Assembly: GCA_017577575.2 (NCBI GenBank)
Contig: PKRG02000004.1
Location: 28,742 to 92,741, forward strand
Length of the DNA: 64,000 nucleotides
From: Acidimicrobiia bacterium
GTDB lineage: Bacteria > Actinomycetota > Acidimicrobiia > Spongiisociales > ZC4RG35
Reading direction: 5' to 3'
This document shows positions 18,311-26,859 of this stretch, in pieces; the stretch's first letter is position 1, and each line of letters opens with the position of its first letter. The position numbers were made by a program, and so were the translations under genes. The notes under the pieces were generated by a model. It was not told the origin of the DNA, searched no databases, and saw nothing but the letters and a program-made list of their open reading frames with translations.

Positions 18311-19191
18311 CCCGACGTCAGCTCCAAGAAGACCTCTTCCAGGCTCTGGTTGGCGGGCACGAGGGCCGACGGATAGATGCCGGCCTCGGCCAGCGTCTTG
18401 GCGACGACCGCACCGTCGTCTGCCGTCACCACGAGGACCGAGTCGGAGACGCGGGCGTCCAAGCCGGCGGAACGGAGCACATTCAGCGCCGCCGCCGGCT
18501 CGCCCACGGTCACGCGGATCTCGCGGGCGCCGCCGAGCAGGGTGGGCAGCGGGCCCTGGTAGCGCAGCGCGCCTCGGGCGATGACGACCACGTGGTCGGC
18601 CAGCGCCTGCACGTCGGAGAGGTTGTGGCTCGATATGACCACGGTCTTTCGGTCCTGGTCGACCAGGCGGCGGAGTCGTTGCTTGAACGAGCTCTGCCCC
18701 GCCGGGTCGAGGCCATCGAGCGGCTCGTCGAGGAACAGCACGTCGGGATCGCCCAAGAGCGCCGCCGCCAGGGCGAGGCGCTGGCGCATCCCCTTGGAGT
18801 AGCCGCTGACCGGACGGTCGAGATCGTCGGAGAGCTCGACGAACTCGGCCAACGCCTCGATCCGCTCGTGACCGAATCCAAGGGTGTGGGCGGCGACCAC
18901 CAGGTTCTGGCGGCCGGTTAGCGGCCGCAGCAGACCGGGCTCGTCGATGATCGCCCCGACCCGCTTCACGATGCGGGCGAGGTCGTGGTCGATGGACATG
19001 TCGCCGATCCGGGCCGTCCCCTCGTCGGGGCGGGTGAGGCCCAGCAGGATCCGAAACGTCGTGGTCTTGCCGGCGCCGTTGGGTCCGAGGAAACCGGAGA
19101 GCTTCCCGGCCGGGAACTCGAGCGACAGCCCGTCGACGGCCACCGTGGAGCCGTAGCGCTTGCGTAGGCCGGTGACGACGACGCCCATCAT
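18307..19191 (-). CDS. ABC transporter ATP-binding protein
   Basis: Walker A GPNGAGKTT, signature SGYSKGMRQRL, Walker B VLFLDEPLDGLD. The start ATG overlaps the yraN stop (ATGA). Confidence 0.9.
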   Translation of the reverse strand: MMGVVVTGLRKRYGSTVAVDGLSLEFPAGKLSGFLGPNGAGKTTTFRILLGLTRPDEGTARIGDMSIDHDLARIVKRVGAIIDEPGLLRPLTGRQNLVVAAHTLGFGHERIEALAEFVELSDDLDRPVSGYSKGMRQRLALAAALLGDPDVLFLDEPLDGLDPAGQSSFKQRLRRLVDQDRKTVVISSHNLSDVQALADHVVVIARGALRYQGPLPTLLGGAREIRVTVGEPAAALNVLRSAGLDARVSDSVLVVTADDGAVVAKTLAEAGIYPSALVPANQSLEEVFLELTSG

Positions 19192-19514
19192 GCCGCCGCC
19201 CTCACCCAGCGCACCTCCGCCGCCTCCGGGGTGAGGCGTATGGCGACCAGATCGACCCGGGCGGCGCCGACCCGATGGGCGAGGCGGGCTACCTGGGCGC
19301 GTTTGCGGGCGTCGAACGCGCTGAGAGGGTCTTCTCGGCCGGTCACCGTCCGCACCTCCACGACCAGGCGCGTGGTTCCTTGGCGGGCGAGGATGTCGAG
19401 CTCGCCGGGACCGACGGCGACGTTGCGAGCCAGGATCTCGATCCCGTGTCTCTGCAAGAAGCGGGCCGCCACCATCTCTCCTGTCCGTCCGAGGCGGCGG
19501 CGGTATTCGCTCAT
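19188..19514 (-). CDS. yraN: YraN-family (UPF0102) endonuclease-like protein
   Basis: 108 aa. GRTGEMVAARFLQRHGIEILARNV...GELDILARQG..LVVVEVRT matches the YraN pattern. Confidence 0.85.
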   Translation of the reverse strand: MSEYRRRLGRTGEMVAARFLQRHGIEILARNVAVGPGELDILARQGTTRLVVEVRTVTGREDPLSAFDARKRAQVARLAHRVGAARVDLVAIRLTPEAAEVRWVRAAA

Positions 19515-19843
19515 TCGTCCTCGGGCCGGGACAGTTCTTCGATGTTGATGTCGTTGAAGGTGAGGACCCTGACCTTGTTGAGGAAGCGGGCGGGGCGGAA
19601 CATGTCCCAGACCCAGGCGTCCTCCATCACCACCTCGAAGTACAGGGCGTCGCCCTCGGTGTGACGCCTCACCTCGACGGCGTTGGCGAGATAGAAGCGC
19701 CGTTCGGTCTCGACCACGTAGCGGAACAGCGGGAGTACGTCTTTGTACTCCTTGTATATGGCCAGTTCCGATTCGGTTTCGTAGCGTTCGAGGTCTTCTT
19801 CCATGGATCCCTCTCGGTGAGGATTAGCAGACGGTAGTGACAA
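19511..19843 (-). CDS. DUF2469-family protein (conserved actinobacterial)
   Basis: ELAIYKEYKDVLPLFRYVVETERRFYLANAVEV. The start may instead be the internal ATG at 19804 (MEEDLERYE...). Confidence 0.8.
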   Translation of the reverse strand: MSLPSANPHREGSMEEDLERYETESELAIYKEYKDVLPLFRYVVETERRFYLANAVEVRRHTEGDALYFEVVMEDAWVWDMFRPARFLNKVRVLTFNDINIEELSRPEDE

Positions 19844-19847
19844 TCGG

Positions 19848-20480
19848 TCAGAGAGTGCCGAACCGGTCCAGGGGCCAGATACGCAGGATCGCCTGGCCGA
19901 TGATCTCTTCGACGGGCACCGGACCGAATGCGCGGGAGTCGAGGCTGGAGTTGCGGTTGTCGCCCATCAGGAACACGTGGCCCTCGGGCACGACCTGAGG
20001 GCCGAACGTCCCGCGGATGTCGGGCTCGAGCAGGTACGGCTCCTCCTGGGGCACGCCGTCTATGTACAGGCGGCCGTCCGCCACCTCCACCGTCTGGCCT
20101 TCCACCGCGACGACGCGCTTGATCAGGTCGACCTCGGGCCGGGAACGGACGCCCACCGCCTCGAGGATCGACCGGATGACGGCTTCCGGGATCGACTCCT
20201 GCAGCTGCTCGTCGGTCAGCGCCGGGTTGAGGACCACGACCACGTCGCCCGGCTCGGGCTCGCCGAAGCGGTAGGCGAGCTTGTTGACGATGACACGATC
20301 GTTGATCTCGATCGTGGGGAGCATCGACTCGGAGGGGATGTAGAAGGGTTGGATCAGAAAGGTCTTGACGACCACGGCGACGGCGAGCGCCGTGAACAAG
20401 AGACCCGGGAGCTCCAGCCAGAGCGGAGTCCTACGGGTCTCTTCTTCGGGGATCTCCTCCGGTCCCGCTCGCTCCTCCAA
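19848..20480 (-). CDS. lepB: Signal peptidase I
   Basis: Track ORF 19848..20942 trimmed to TTG 20480, the first start after the rplS stop, with GAGGGA upstream. Sequence: ...IPSESMLPTI...GDVVV...GDNRNSSLDSR... Confidence 0.85.
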   Translation of the reverse strand: MEERAGPEEIPEEETRRTPLWLELPGLLFTALAVAVVVKTFLIQPFYIPSESMLPTIEINDRVIVNKLAYRFGEPEPGDVVVVLNPALTDEQLQESIPEAVIRSILEAVGVRSRPEVDLIKRVVAVEGQTVEVADGRLYIDGVPQEEPYLLEPDIRGTFGPQVVPEGHVFLMGDNRNSSLDSRAFGPVPVEEIIGQAILRIWPLDRFGTL

Positions 20481-20488
20481 GGGAACGC

Positions 20489-20833
20489 TCAGTCCCTCAG
20501 TTCCTTGATGCGTGCCGACTTGCCGGTGCGCTCGCGCAGGTAATACAGCTTGGAGCGCCGGACGTCGCCCCGACGGACGACCTCGATCTTGTCGATTATC
20601 GGGGAATGCAGCGGGAACACCCGCTCCACACCCACTCCGAAGCTGATCTTGCGGACGGTGAAGGTGGCTCTGGGGCCCGACCCCTGCCGGGCGATGACCA
20701 CGCCCTCGAAGACCTGGATCCTCTCGCGCCCGCCTTCGACCACGCGGACGTGCACCTTCACGTTGTCGCCGGCGCGAAACTGCGGGATGTCGTCGCGCAG
20801 TTGGGCGCTCTCGAGTAGCTGCAGATCGTTCAT
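20489..20833 (-). CDS. rplS: 50S ribosomal protein L19
   Basis: Trimmed to ATG 20833: [51 protein letters not shown]... Confidence 0.95.
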   Translation of the reverse strand: MNDLQLLESAQLRDDIPQFRAGDNVKVHVRVVEGGRERIQVFEGVVIARQGSGPRATFTVRKISFGVGVERVFPLHSPIIDKIEVVRRGDVRRSKLYYLRERTGKSARIKELRD

Positions 20834-20954
20834 GAGGGCTCCTGGTCGTCGTGTACTCACCGGGCGCCCGACGCCAGCCGAGACGGCGCAGGCGGCCCGC
20901 GGAAATGTCGAAGAGGTCGGCGCGCCGCGGTCGCGGACGCAATCCGGAAGTGTA

Positions 20955-21641
20955 TCAGCTATCCGATCCGGCTACGAACCGCTCCCACAGGTCGGGCCGC
21001 CGCTCCCGAGTGCGGAGACGGCGCTGCTCCTCTCTCCAGGCCTGGATCCGGGCGTGGTCGCCGGACAGGAGCACCTCGGGGACCCTGAGCCCGCGGTACT
21101 CCGCCGGCTTGGTGTACACGGGCTCTTCCAGGAGACCGTCGCGGAACGACTCGTGGGCGACCGAGTCGGGGTTGCCCACCACGCCGGGCAGGAGGCGCGT
21201 GACGGCCTCGATCACCACCAGGGCCGCCGCCTCACCGCCGGCCAGGACGTAGTCGCCGATCGAGATCTCCTCGTCGATGCACGCGTCGATCACCCGCTGG
21301 TCGATCCCTTCGTACCGGCCGCACACCAGCGTGAGGTGGTCCACGGTCGCCAACCGGTCGACCGTTGCCTGGTCGAGGGGTCTTCCCGCCGGGCTCATCA
21401 GCACCCGATGCGAGCCGGCCAACGGTTCGAGCGTGGCGAAGAGCGGCTCCACCCGCATCACCATCCCCGCCCCTCCCCCATACGGCGTGTCGTCCACCTG
21501 GCGGTGCTTGCCGAGCCCGTGGTCGCGGATGTCGTGTAGGTCGACCGTGAGGATGCCCGCATCGATGGCCCGCTTGATGAGCCCCACGTCCAACGGACCG
21601 CTGAAGTAGGTCGGGAAGATCGTGACGACGGAGATCCGCAT
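20955..21641 (-). CDS. trmD: tRNA (guanine37-N1)-methyltransferase
   Basis: [31 protein letters not shown]...[14 protein letters not shown]... Confidence 0.95.
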   Translation of the reverse strand: MRISVVTIFPTYFSGPLDVGLIKRAIDAGILTVDLHDIRDHGLGKHRQVDDTPYGGGAGMVMRVEPLFATLEPLAGSHRVLMSPAGRPLDQATVDRLATVDHLTLVCGRYEGIDQRVIDACIDEEISIGDYVLAGGEAAALVVIEAVTRLLPGVVGNPDSVAHESFRDGLLEEPVYTKPAEYRGLRVPEVLLSGDHARIQAWREEQRRLRTRERRPDLWERFVAGSDS

Positions 21642-21678
21642 CCGTCCCAGCCTAAGGCGAAGCCCTTACCCTGTCGTC

Positions 21679-22539
21679 GTGCGCCGCCTGGTTCCCTGCA
21701 TCGTGTGGCTCGTGGTGCTCGCCGCCTGCGTCGACGAAGCCGCTGCTCCTTCGACGTCGGCAAGGGAGCCGCAGCCGACCAGTACGACCACCCCGGTGGA
21801 GACCACCCAGGCGCCGACCACCACCGCACCGGAAGGAGCTTGCCCGCCAGGGGACGTCATGCTCGCCGACGGTGGCCTCGCCGACTTCGACCCCTCCTCG
21901 TCGGACTCCACCCGCATCGCCGGCATCACCTGGCGCACCTCCGGCGTGTGTCAGACCTTCACGATCAGCTTCGCCACCGAGGACGGTGCTCCGGCCACCA
22001 CCCCGCCGGCGTTGTCGGCGCGCCTGTTGCGGGGCGCCGGCGTTCTCCGGATCGAGACGGCGGCCACCGACTCGGTGATCGCGGACCAGGTCGTGGAGAC
22101 CGGTCTCGTGGAGCGACTCTTCGTCCCTGTGAGCGACGACGGCAGCCGCTTCGTCGACCTCGTCCTCGGCGAGCCCGTCGTGGCCCGGGCCCGCTTGGAG
22201 ACCACTCCGGCGCGGGTGGAGATAGAGATCCAGCCGGGCGGTCCCCCGATCGGCCGTCCGTTGATGACAGGAGACCTGGTCGTGATCGAGCCGGGGTCGG
22301 CTGCGGTGGCCACCCCGGTGCTCGACGTGGCCGGCTATTCGATGGGCGAGGCTTCCACCTACGACGTGACGATCAACCGGGCCGGCCAGCCCGTCGCCGA
22401 CACCACCTTGGAGACCGCGGACAGCCATATCTGGTCCGCGTTCCACCTGGTGGTCCAGGTGGGAGACGACGCCTACGACATGCTGCAGGTGACCGACGAC
22501 GAAGGCTCGGTAGTGGCGGCGATCCCGTTCAATCGATGA
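21679..22539 (+). CDS. Lipoprotein of unknown function; Thr/Pro linker, possible AMIN-like and Gmad2-like beta domains (tentative)
   Basis: Track ORF 21622..22539; I prefer GTG 21679. VRRLVPCIVWLVVLAACVDE carries a lipobox (L-A-A-C). GC3-rich codons. It lies on the opposite strand to the flanking trmD and rimM, and its last 11 nt overlap the rimM 3' end. Confidence 0.7.
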   Translation: MRRLVPCIVWLVVLAACVDEAAAPSTSAREPQPTSTTTPVETTQAPTTTAPEGACPPGDVMLADGGLADFDPSSSDSTRIAGITWRTSGVCQTFTISFATEDGAPATTPPALSARLLRGAGVLRIETAATDSVIADQVVETGLVERLFVPVSDDGSRFVDLVLGEPVVARARLETTPARVEIEIQPGGPPIGRPLMTGDLVVIEPGSAAVATPVLDVAGYSMGEASTYDVTINRAGQPVADTTLETADSHIWSAFHLVVQVGDDAYDMLQVTDDEGSVVAAIPFNR

Positions 22540-23044
22540 GACCCGGAGGCGGGTCGATCACCACCCGCCGCCCTTCCACGTCGACCTCAGGGACGATCTC
22601 GCGCACGAATGGGACGCTGATCGTCCTCCCCCCGAGGTCGACCGCGAGGCGGTCCTGGCCGACGCCCACCTCGACGTCGACCACCTGGCCGATGCGCTGC
22701 CCGTCGGGCCCCACAACCTCCGAGCCGACGAGCTCGTCGGGCCAGAACTCATCCTCCTCGAGCGGACGGCGCTTCTCGGCGGGAATGAACAGCTCCTGGC
22801 CCCGGAGCCGCTCGGCGGCGTCGCGGTCGGGAGCCTCCTCGAAGGTGACGAGTGGGAGGCGGTCGGTGGTCTTGAACGCGGCCACGGTGAGGGTGGTGCC
22901 GTCGCTCAACTCGACGACCTCCCCCGGGGCGAACCGGGTGTGGGGGCGGTCGGTGAAGACTTCGACGACGACTGCGCCTCTCAGGCCGTGCGGCCGGACG
23001 ACCCGGCCCACGACGACGCGGTCACCGGGGACGTCAGTCGACAA
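22529..23044 (-). CDS. rimM: 16S rRNA processing protein RimM
   Basis: VVVGRVVRPHGLRGAVVVEVFTD...PFVREIVPEVDVEGRRVVIDPPPGL. Confidence 0.9.
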   Translation of the reverse strand: MSTDVPGDRVVVGRVVRPHGLRGAVVVEVFTDRPHTRFAPGEVVELSDGTTLTVAAFKTTDRLPLVTFEEAPDRDAAERLRGQELFIPAEKRRPLEEDEFWPDELVGSEVVGPDGQRIGQVVDVEVGVGQDRLAVDLGGRTISVPFVREIVPEVDVEGRRVVIDPPPGLID

Positions 23045-23285
23045 ACTCGACTTGGGCGGTTACGCCTTCTTCGTCGGCGGCGGCGCTGGCCACCGTGCGG
23101 ATCGCCCGGGCGACACGCCCGCGGCGACCGATCACCCGCCCCATGTCTCCCTTGGCGGTCCGCACCTCGGCGAGGACCTCGTCGGGCCCTTGCTCGATGA
23201 TGGTCACGTCGACGGCGTCGGGGTTGTCGACGATCTCTTTGACCACGTACTTGACGACCCGTTCGACGATCTCGCCCTTCGGCAC
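23034..23285 (-). CDS. KH-domain RNA-binding protein (YlqC-like)
   Basis: 83 aa. GDMGRVIGRRGRVARAIRTV (GxxG KH motif). Classic rpsP-KH-rimM arrangement. Confidence 0.85.
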   Translation of the reverse strand: MPKGEIVERVVKYVVKEIVDNPDAVDVTIIEQGPDEVLAEVRTAKGDMGRVIGRRGRVARAIRTVASAAADEEGVTAQVEFVD

Positions 23286-23287
23286 GC

Positions 23288-23740
23288 TCAGCTCTCCTCG
23301 GACTCGGACTCGGCCTCGGCCTCGTCGGCGGCTTCCTCGTCGGCAGCTTCTTCTGCCGCGGCCTCGTCGGACTCGGCTGCCGTCGCCTCCTCTTCCGCCT
23401 CGGCGGCCGGTTCTTCGGCTGCTTCCGGTTCCGGAGCGGCGGGCTCCTCCTTCTTGGCGCCGACGGTGTGGATCTTCCCGGCTTTGATCTTGAACTCGGT
23501 GAGCGCACCCGAGACCTCGAGGAGCTTGGCGGCCGCCTCGGTGGGCTGAGCGCCCTTGCGCAGCCAGTCGACTGCCTTCTCCTTGTCGATCTCGATCAGC
23601 GACGGCTCCTGGCGCGGGTCGTAGTGCCCGATGAGATCGATGTAGCGACCGTCACGCGGGGCGCGTGAATCCATCACCACCACGCGGTAGTAGGGCGACT
23701 TGGTCTTGCCCATCCGCATCAATCTGATCTTGACGGCCAT
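23288..23740 (-). CDS. rpsP: 30S ribosomal protein S16 with acidic Ala/Glu-rich C-terminal tail
   Basis: Trimmed to ATG 23740: [42 protein letters not shown]... Confidence 0.95.
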   Translation of the reverse strand: MAVKIRLMRMGKTKSPYYRVVVMDSRAPRDGRYIDLIGHYDPRQEPSLIEIDKEKAVDWLRKGAQPTEAAAKLLEVSGALTEFKIKAGKIHTVGAKKEEPAAPEPEAAEEPAAEAEEEATAAESDEAAAEEAADEEAADEAEAESESEES

Positions 23741-23885
23741 CAACTCACCTCTCGTGGCCACGACTCCCAAATGCGCGGCCGTTCATCGACGTCTCTTCTC
23801 GGATTGCCGGACTCGCGAAGCGACACAGAGGAGCCCGGGAAACCCGCAAAGCATAGCAACGGGACGTGCCGGTACCTATCCGGGG

Positions 23886-25208
23886 TCACCGGCGCCACCC
23901 ACCGAGACCCGCCAGACCGGCGAGCCCGCGTCCGGCGAGGCTCTTCATCATCTTCTGGGCGTCGGCGAACTGACGCAGCAGCTTGTTGACGTCCTGCGGG
24001 CTGGTGCCGGATCCCGCCGCCACCCGCCGCTTCCGGCTCCCGTTCATGATCTTCGGGTTGCGGCGCTCCTCGGGCGTCATCGAGTAGATGATCGCCTCCA
24101 CCCGCTTGATCTCCCGCTCGTCGATCTCGACGTTGCGCAGCGCCGACGACGCCCCGGGGATCATGGCGAGGAGCTCCTGGAGCGGCCCCATCTTCTTCAT
24201 CTGCTGGAACTGGGCGAGGAAGTCCTCGAGGGTGAACTCGCCCTTGACCATCTTCTCGGCGGCCTTCTCCGCCTCCTGGGCGTCGAAGGTGGCCTCGGCC
24301 TTCTCGATCAGGGTGAGGACGTCGCCCATCCCGAGGATCCGGGACGCCATCCGGTCGGGGTAGAACGGCTCGAGGTCGTCCAGCCCTTCTCCCACGCCGG
24401 CGAACTTCACGGGCGCCCCTGTCACCTCGCGCACCGATATGGCGGCGCCGCCCCGGGCATCGCCGTCGAGTTTGGAGAGCACGACACCGGTGAGGTCGGT
24501 GTGCTCGACGAAGCCTTTGGCGACGTTGACTGCGTCCTGGCCGGTCATGGCGTCGACCACCAGCAGCGTCTCGTCGGGCTCGGCCACCTTGGCGATGTCG
24601 GCGAGCTCTTTCATGAGGGCGTCGTCGATCTGGAGACGACCGGCGGTGTCGACGATCACCACGTCGTGGCCCGCTCGGGTCGCCTCCTTCAAGGCGGCCT
24701 TGACCACCCGGGCGGGCTTGGACTTCCGCTCGGCGTAGACGGGGACGCCGACGCGCCGGCCCAGCGTCTCGAGCTGGTCGATGGCGGCCGGGCGCTGCAG
24801 GTCGGCAGCGACGAGCAGCGGGCGGCGACCCTTCGACTTCAGGTGCTTGGCGAGCTTGCCGGCGGTCGTGGTCTTGCCGGAGCCCTGGAGGCCGACCATC
24901 AGGATGACCTGGGGCGGGCTCGACTGGCGGAGCGGGGCCACCTCGCCGCCGAGCGTGTTCACCAATTCCTCGTGGACGATCTTGATGACCTGCTGGCCGG
25001 GAGTGAGGCTCTTGGAGACGTCGGCCCCCAGTGCCCGGTCCCTGACCCGGGCGAGGAAGGACCTCACCACCGCCACGTTCACGTCGGCCTCGAGCAGGGC
25101 CAGGCGCACTTCGCGGAGGGCGGCATCGACGTCGGCTTCAGACAGCCGGCCCTTGCCGCGCAGGGCCGAGAAGATGCCCTCGAAACGTTGCGTGAGTGAG
25201 TCGAACAT
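23886..25208 (-). CDS. ffh: Signal recognition particle protein Ffh
   Basis: MFDSLTQRFEGIFSALRGKGRLSE...GLQGSGKTTT...DTAGRL..., M-domain and basic tail. Confidence 0.95.
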   Translation of the reverse strand: MFDSLTQRFEGIFSALRGKGRLSEADVDAALREVRLALLEADVNVAVVRSFLARVRDRALGADVSKSLTPGQQVIKIVHEELVNTLGGEVAPLRQSSPPQVILMVGLQGSGKTTTAGKLAKHLKSKGRRPLLVAADLQRPAAIDQLETLGRRVGVPVYAERKSKPARVVKAALKEATRAGHDVVIVDTAGRLQIDDALMKELADIAKVAEPDETLLVVDAMTGQDAVNVAKGFVEHTDLTGVVLSKLDGDARGGAAISVREVTGAPVKFAGVGEGLDDLEPFYPDRMASRILGMGDVLTLIEKAEATFDAQEAEKAAEKMVKGEFTLEDFLAQFQQMKKMGPLQELLAMIPGASSALRNVEIDEREIKRVEAIIYSMTPEERRNPKIMNGSRKRRVAAGSGTSPQDVNKLLRQFADAQKMMKSLAGRGLAGLAGLGGWRR

Positions 25209-25269
25209 CGACGCTCCACGCTACCGGACGGCGCCGATCACCGAGAACCCTGGCTGGCCTTGCGTCAGG

Positions 25270-25305
25270 CTGAACAGGCGTTTAGTGTCCTGAACATGCG
25301 TTCAG
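25270..25305. promoter_or_regulatory. Two tandem 16-bp palindromic boxes (candidate TetR operators)
   Basis: CTGAACAGGCGTTTAG (25270..25285) and CTGAACATGCGTTCAG (25290..25305). Centres are 20 bp apart. The second box is centred on the ATG I chose for the TetR gene. Confidence 0.4.
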
Positions 25306-25964
25306 TCGTGGAGCGTGATGATCTCACCGCCGAGGCCCGGATACGCCAGGCGGCGATCACGCGCTTCCCGGCGGAGGGGATCGAGGGCACCACGATCCGG
25401 GCCATCGCCGCCGACGCCGGAGTCTCCCCCGCCCTCGTCCTCCACCACTTCGGGTCCAAGCAAGGCCTGTTGGACGCCTGCGATCGCTACGTCGTCGACC
25501 TCGTCCGCACCACCAAGACGCAGGCCGTGATCGACGGGACCGCCACCGACTCCGGCTTCATGGCTTCGATGTACCGCATCGCACCTCCCGTCGTGAGGTA
25601 CCTGGGGTGGTCACTGTCCCGGGGCGCCCCTGCCGCGGCCCGCTTGTTCGACGAGCTCGTCGCGGAGTCGGAGCGCCTCCTCTCGGCCGCAGAGGAGCGC
25701 GGGTTGGTACGGCGGACCCCGGACCCTCACGGCCGGGCGGTCGTCGTTCTCACGATGCAGCTCGGGTTCGTGGTGCTCCGCGAACACGTCACCCGGGCCC
25801 TCGGGATGGACGCGTTCGGCATGGAAGGGCTGATGCGTATCACCGAGCGGCAGATGGAACTGTTCGGCACCGGGCTGTTCACCCCGGAGGCTGCCCGGGA
25901 GACCGCACAGGCACTGGACCAGGCTTCCAGGCTGCTCGCACAGGAGGGACCCGATGGCCGATGA
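25296..25964 (+). CDS. TetR/AcrR-family transcriptional regulator
   Basis: AEARIRQAAITRFPAEGIEGTTIRAIAADAGVSPALVLHHFGSKQGLL (HTH). Start ATG 25296. The track's longer TTG 25260 start is possible. Confidence 0.85.
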   Translation: MRSVVERDDLTAEARIRQAAITRFPAEGIEGTTIRAIAADAGVSPALVLHHFGSKQGLLDACDRYVVDLVRTTKTQAVIDGTATDSGFMASMYRIAPPVVRYLGWSLSRGAPAAARLFDELVAESERLLSAAEERGLVRRTPDPHGRAVVVLTMQLGFVVLREHVTRALGMDAFGMEGLMRITERQMELFGTGLFTPEAARETAQALDQASRLLAQEGPDGR

Positions 25965-26859
25965 AGCGATCCTGGCGAGTCGGCTCACCAAGAGCTACGG
26001 CCCCGTGCTGGCGCTCGACCACCTGGATCTGGAGGTGCGGCGGGGCGAGATATTCGGGTTCCTCGGCCCCAACGGCGCCGGCAAGACGACGGCGATACGC
26101 CTCTTCTTGGACCTCCTCCGCCCCGACTCCGGCCAGGTCACCGTGTTGGGGCTCGATCCCCGCGCCCAGGGCGTGGAGCTGAGACGGCGTGTCGGATACC
26201 TGCCGGGCGACTTCACGGTCGACGGGAACCAGACGGCACGCCAACTCCTGACCTACCTGGGGAACCTCCGCGGTGGCATCCGCCGGGACCGCATCGAAGG
26301 TCTCGCCGAGCGACTCGACCTCGATCTCGACCAGAAGATCCGCAGCCTGTCGAAAGGCAACCGGCAGAAGGTGGGGCTGATCCAGGCGTTCATGCACGAG
26401 CCCGAGCTCTTGATCCTCGACGAGCCGACGAGCGGCCTCGACCCGCTGATGGCCCGGGAGTTCCTGACCATGACGCTGGAGGCACGCGCCCATGGCCAGA
26501 CCGTCTTCATGTCGTCCCACATCCTCAGCGAGGTCCAGAAGGTGGCGGACCGGGCGGGGATCATCCGCCGAGGCGAGCTGATCGCCGTCGACGAGGTGGA
26601 AGCGTTGCGGGCGAAGTCCCTGCGCCGGGTGGAGGTGACCTTCGACGAGCCGGTCGACGCATCGGCCTTCGCCGACGTCCGGGGGGTGTCGGACCTCGTC
26701 GTCGAAGACGGCGTGCTCCGTTGCCGGCTCCTGGGCGAGGCGGATGCCCTGGTGAAGGCGGTGGCGAGGTACCGGGTCCGCGACTTCATCTCCGAGGAGC
26801 CCGACCTCGAGGAGTTGTTCTTCCACTACTACGCGGAGGGCACCGACGGTGTTTCGTGA
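25954..26859 (+). CDS. ABC transporter ATP-binding protein
   Basis: GPNGAGKTT, LSKGNRQKVGL, LLILDEPTSGLD. 11-nt overlap with the TetR gene. Confidence 0.9.
   Translation: MADEAILASRLTKSYGPVLALDHLDLEVRRGEIFGFLGPNGAGKTTAIRLFLDLLRPDSGQVTVLGLDPRAQGVELRRRVGYLPGDFTVDGNQTARQLLTYLGNLRGGIRRDRIEGLAERLDLDLDQKIRSLSKGNRQKVGLIQAFMHEPELLILDEPTSGLDPLMAREFLTMTLEARAHGQTVFMSSHILSEVQKVADRAGIIRRGELIAVDEVEALRAKSLRRVEVTFDEPVDASAFADVRGVSDLVVEDGVLRCRLLGEADALVKAVARYRVRDFISEEPDLEELFFHYYAEGTDGVS

Noticed and set aside
15003-19191. Genomic island, prophage or integrative element
   Set aside because: I recognised no integrase, transposase, phage or conjugation genes, no tRNA at the borders and no flanking direct repeats. 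Codon usage looks like the surrounding DNA. It is treated as an old insertion or rearrangement only.
17543-19514. Defence or toxin-antitoxin system involving the YraN endonuclease-like protein and the ABC pair
   Set aside because: YraN (UPF0102) is a conserved housekeeping-context protein at this locus in many bacteria. The ABC pair looks like an ordinary ABC-2 exporter. No other defence hallmarks are present (no NTPase/nuclease pairs, no methyltransferase, no small antitoxin).
20834-20954. Structured leader or riboswitch upstream of rplS; likewise upstream of rpsB (11662..11806) and rpsP (23741..23885)
   Set aside because: GC-rich spacers inevitably contain short stems, for example GTCCGC...GCGGAC upstream of rpsB. 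I could not recognise any known ribosomal-leader or riboswitch consensus by eye, and a covariance-model scan would be needed.
21652-22446. 264-aa minus-strand ORF that would keep the rimM-trmD gap on the operon strand
   Set aside because: The composition is R/G/H/D-rich with no signal or domain features. The plus-strand frame has a lipobox, a sensible domain-like sequence and GC3 bias. The plus ORF is preferred, and this conflict is why its confidence is 0.7 and not higher.
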